Assembly: GCA_041737355.1 (NCBI GenBank)
Contig: JBGSRW010000008.1
Location: 91,700 to 155,699, forward strand
DNA from: Patescibacteria group bacterium
GTDB lineage: Bacteria > Patescibacteriota > Patescibacteriia > XYB2-FULL-38-15
DNA length: 64,000 nucleotides
Reading direction: 5' to 3'
Shown: positions 62,157-64,000 of the stretch, piece after piece
How positions within the stretch are numbered: position 1 is the first letter of the stretch
Layout: every line of letters begins with the position of its first letter
Notes under the pieces: model-generated
What the model was told of the DNA's origin: nothing
The model's input: only the letters and a program-made list of their open reading frames with translations
The model's database searches: none
Translations under genes and position numbers: made by a program

Positions 62157-62516
62157 TTACTTTAATTCTTTTGCCTTGCGCGCCCCATCTCTCACTCTAT
62201 TAACTTTTTTCTCCCTGTATTCCTCAATCTGGCGCTGCAATTCATCTTTCACTTTAACTATCGCCTGACGCAAATCTTTATTTGTTGCTTCTGCCCGCAA
62301 AATTTTTCCCGGTAAACGGATATCCGCTTCGGCCCGATAAACAAATTCTCCGGTCTTATGGTGCTGGCTTGTGCGGCCTATTTCAACCCATGCCTCAGCC
62401 ACACCGGTCGCGTCATAGTTCCGAATAAATTTTGCCAATCCGCCGATTTTTTCCTCAACAAAAACATCAAGACTTTCGATCGGCTCCAAATTTGTCCACT
62501 TTAAAGAGAGTTTCAT
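62157..62516 (-). CDS. hpf: Ribosome hibernation factor HPF/RaiA
   Basis: EEKIGGLAK, HHKTG, AEADIRLPGKILRAEA, DL..AI....DEL..Q. Confidence 0.88.
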   Translation of the reverse strand: MKLSLKWTNLEPIESLDVFVEEKIGGLAKFIRNYDATGVAEAWVEIGRTSQHHKTGEFVYRAEADIRLPGKILRAEATNKDLRQAIVKVKDELQRQIEEYREKKVNRVRDGARKAKELK

Positions 62517-62569
62517 AAGAATAATTATTGTATATTAGAACATTTTAAAGCAAAATGCAAAGGGTCCGG

Positions 62570-63544
62570 CTAAAACCCGACATATTCAACTTCTTCCTGG
62601 AGCTGAATGCCGGTCTTATTTCTGACTTCCATTTTAACCAAACTCGCTAAAGCTATAACATTATCGGCTGTGGCTTTGCCCGTGTTCACGATAAAATTGG
62701 CGTGCTTCTCGGAAATTTTCGCTCCGCCGATTTTTCTGTCTTTAAGCTCGCACTTCTCGATAAGCCAGGCTGAAGGGATTTTCCCCTTCTGAATAAAATC
62801 GGCCGGGATATCTTCCTTGAAATGCGACTGGAAAGATTTTATTATCTCGTCGGTTATTTCAATATTTTTGAAAAATGATCCGGCGGACGGCTCTGTCGGA
62901 ATTTTTTCTCCGCGGGCTTTAAAGATTTTTTTCATCTCTTCTTTTATTTTTTCCTTGTCGCCCTTCTCTAATTTTAAAACAACTTTCAAAATAATTCCTC
63001 CTTCACGCTTAAAAATACTATCCCTATATCCGAATCCACATTCTTTCTTCCCATAATTCTTAATTCTCAATTTATGACTTACTAATCGCAAAGCCTCAAC
63101 TTCTTCCACTGCATCGCCCGTTGCCTTGCCGTAAGCTCCGGCATTGCCGCGCACTGCTCCGCCCGCTCTTCCCGGAATTCCGGCTGCCCACTCAAGACCG
63201 GGCAAGCCATTTTCCGCCGCCGCTTCCACTATCTTAGAGAGCAGTACTCCTGAGTCCGCCACAATTCTGCAATTAGTCTTATAGACTGCTAACTTTGAAC
63301 TATCTACTTTTACTACCAAACCGTCGAAACCATTATCAGAAAATAAAATATTGCTTCCGCCGCTGAAAACAAAAAAATTTAATCCCAATTCATTTGCCGT
63401 TTCCACGGCGCGCCTGACTTCCTTCGCACTTTTGGCGACAAAAAAATATCTGGCCGGCCCGCCGATTTTAAAAGTACAATGACTGACGAGCGATTCATTC
63501 TCCAAAACTCCCTCGCCTAATTTTTCTTTCAGTTTATCTATCAT
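62570..63544 (-). CDS. murB: UDP-N-acetylenolpyruvoylglucosamine reductase
   Basis: TFKIGGPA, GSNIL, GIPG, NAGAYG, YRDS, SAGSFFKN, KHANF. Confidence 0.96.
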   Translation of the reverse strand: MIDKLKEKLGEGVLENESLVSHCTFKIGGPARYFFVAKSAKEVRRAVETANELGLNFFVFSGGSNILFSDNGFDGLVVKVDSSKLAVYKTNCRIVADSGVLLSKIVEAAAENGLPGLEWAAGIPGRAGGAVRGNAGAYGKATGDAVEEVEALRLVSHKLRIKNYGKKECGFGYRDSIFKREGGIILKVVLKLEKGDKEKIKEEMKKIFKARGEKIPTEPSAGSFFKNIEITDEIIKSFQSHFKEDIPADFIQKGKIPSAWLIEKCELKDRKIGGAKISEKHANFIVNTGKATADNVIALASLVKMEVRNKTGIQLQEEVEYVGF

Positions 63545-63637
63545 AACATCATCAAGTTTAACAGAAATTACTTATAAAAACAAGAATAAAAAAACTGCCC
63601 CTGGTTTTGGGCAGTTAGCACTCCTTACGCGCGGCTT

Positions 63638-63880
63638 TTATTGAGAGAGAGTCTTGATTACCAGGCCGATAACGTATAGAGCGGCGATTGCGAAAAGAAC
63701 TCTCATCCCGATTTCAAAAATCATTCCGAGGAAACCGGCTATCCACGATCCGCGGCGCGGCGGTTCGGGATCGGGAGATCGCGGCAAACTTTCGCCGAAC
63801 CATTCTTCTCTCCAGGCACTCCTGTTCCGTTCCTTCAAGCTCCTTCTTTCCTCCGGAGAAAGATCGTCGGAACTGCGCAT
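63638..63880 (-). CDS. Orphan small membrane protein (80 aa), cassette-type
   Basis: GAGGAG SD, TTGTAA(63933-63928)-17-TATAAC, terminator AACTGCCC/GGGCAGTT at about 63588-63616. Confidence 0.65.
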   Translation of the reverse strand: MRSSDDLSPEERRSLKERNRSAWREEWFGESLPRSPDPEPPRRGSWIAGFLGMIFEIGMRVLFAIAALYVIGLVIKTLSQ

Positions 63881-64000
63881 GGTACTCTCCTCTCTTTCAA
63901 TTTTGTTATATCAATAATCCAGATAATTTACAACCTCGATTGATTACTAATTAAAAATTATGTAAACTCTCTATATATGAAAAGTTATGAATCCGACGAT

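Overview
Bacterial chromosomal window. The gene set, AT-rich leaders without Shine-Dalgarno (SD) sequences and the basic N-terminal extension of RpoD suggest Patescibacteria/CPR; this is an inference, not a database result. The backbone is housekeeping: gltX (partial), AmmeMemoRadiSam amrS/amrB/amrA, clpB with a CIRCE operator, priA-def-fmt, surface glycan genes, a full F1Fo atp operon, a two-component system, tatD-metG-rsmI, a CarS-like/PgsA-like pair, rpoD-dnaG, glgP-deoC-tsaC, a DEAD-box helicase, a Dsb/CcdA/CopA/CsoR cluster, secDF, secA, pdaD, hpf and murB, plus tRNA-Asn and tRNA-Ser. No CRISPR array, transposase or integrase was seen. Most notable: (1) a minus-strand transcription unit at about 14140-14860 made of a small membrane ORF, a tRNA-Glu-like pseudo-tRNA with a broken anticodon loop, and a ~300-nt GNRA-tetraloop-rich structured RNA; (2) about 11 dispersed, GC-richer, mostly orphan cassettes with strong GGAG(G) SD sites and their own terminators, most with their own sigma70 promoter, in a backbone that mostly lacks SD; (3) a pseudo-receiver/RlmN-Cfr fusion beside the two-component system; (4) SecD with two inserted parvulin domains. 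All calls come from manual motif reading; no searches or folding programs were run.
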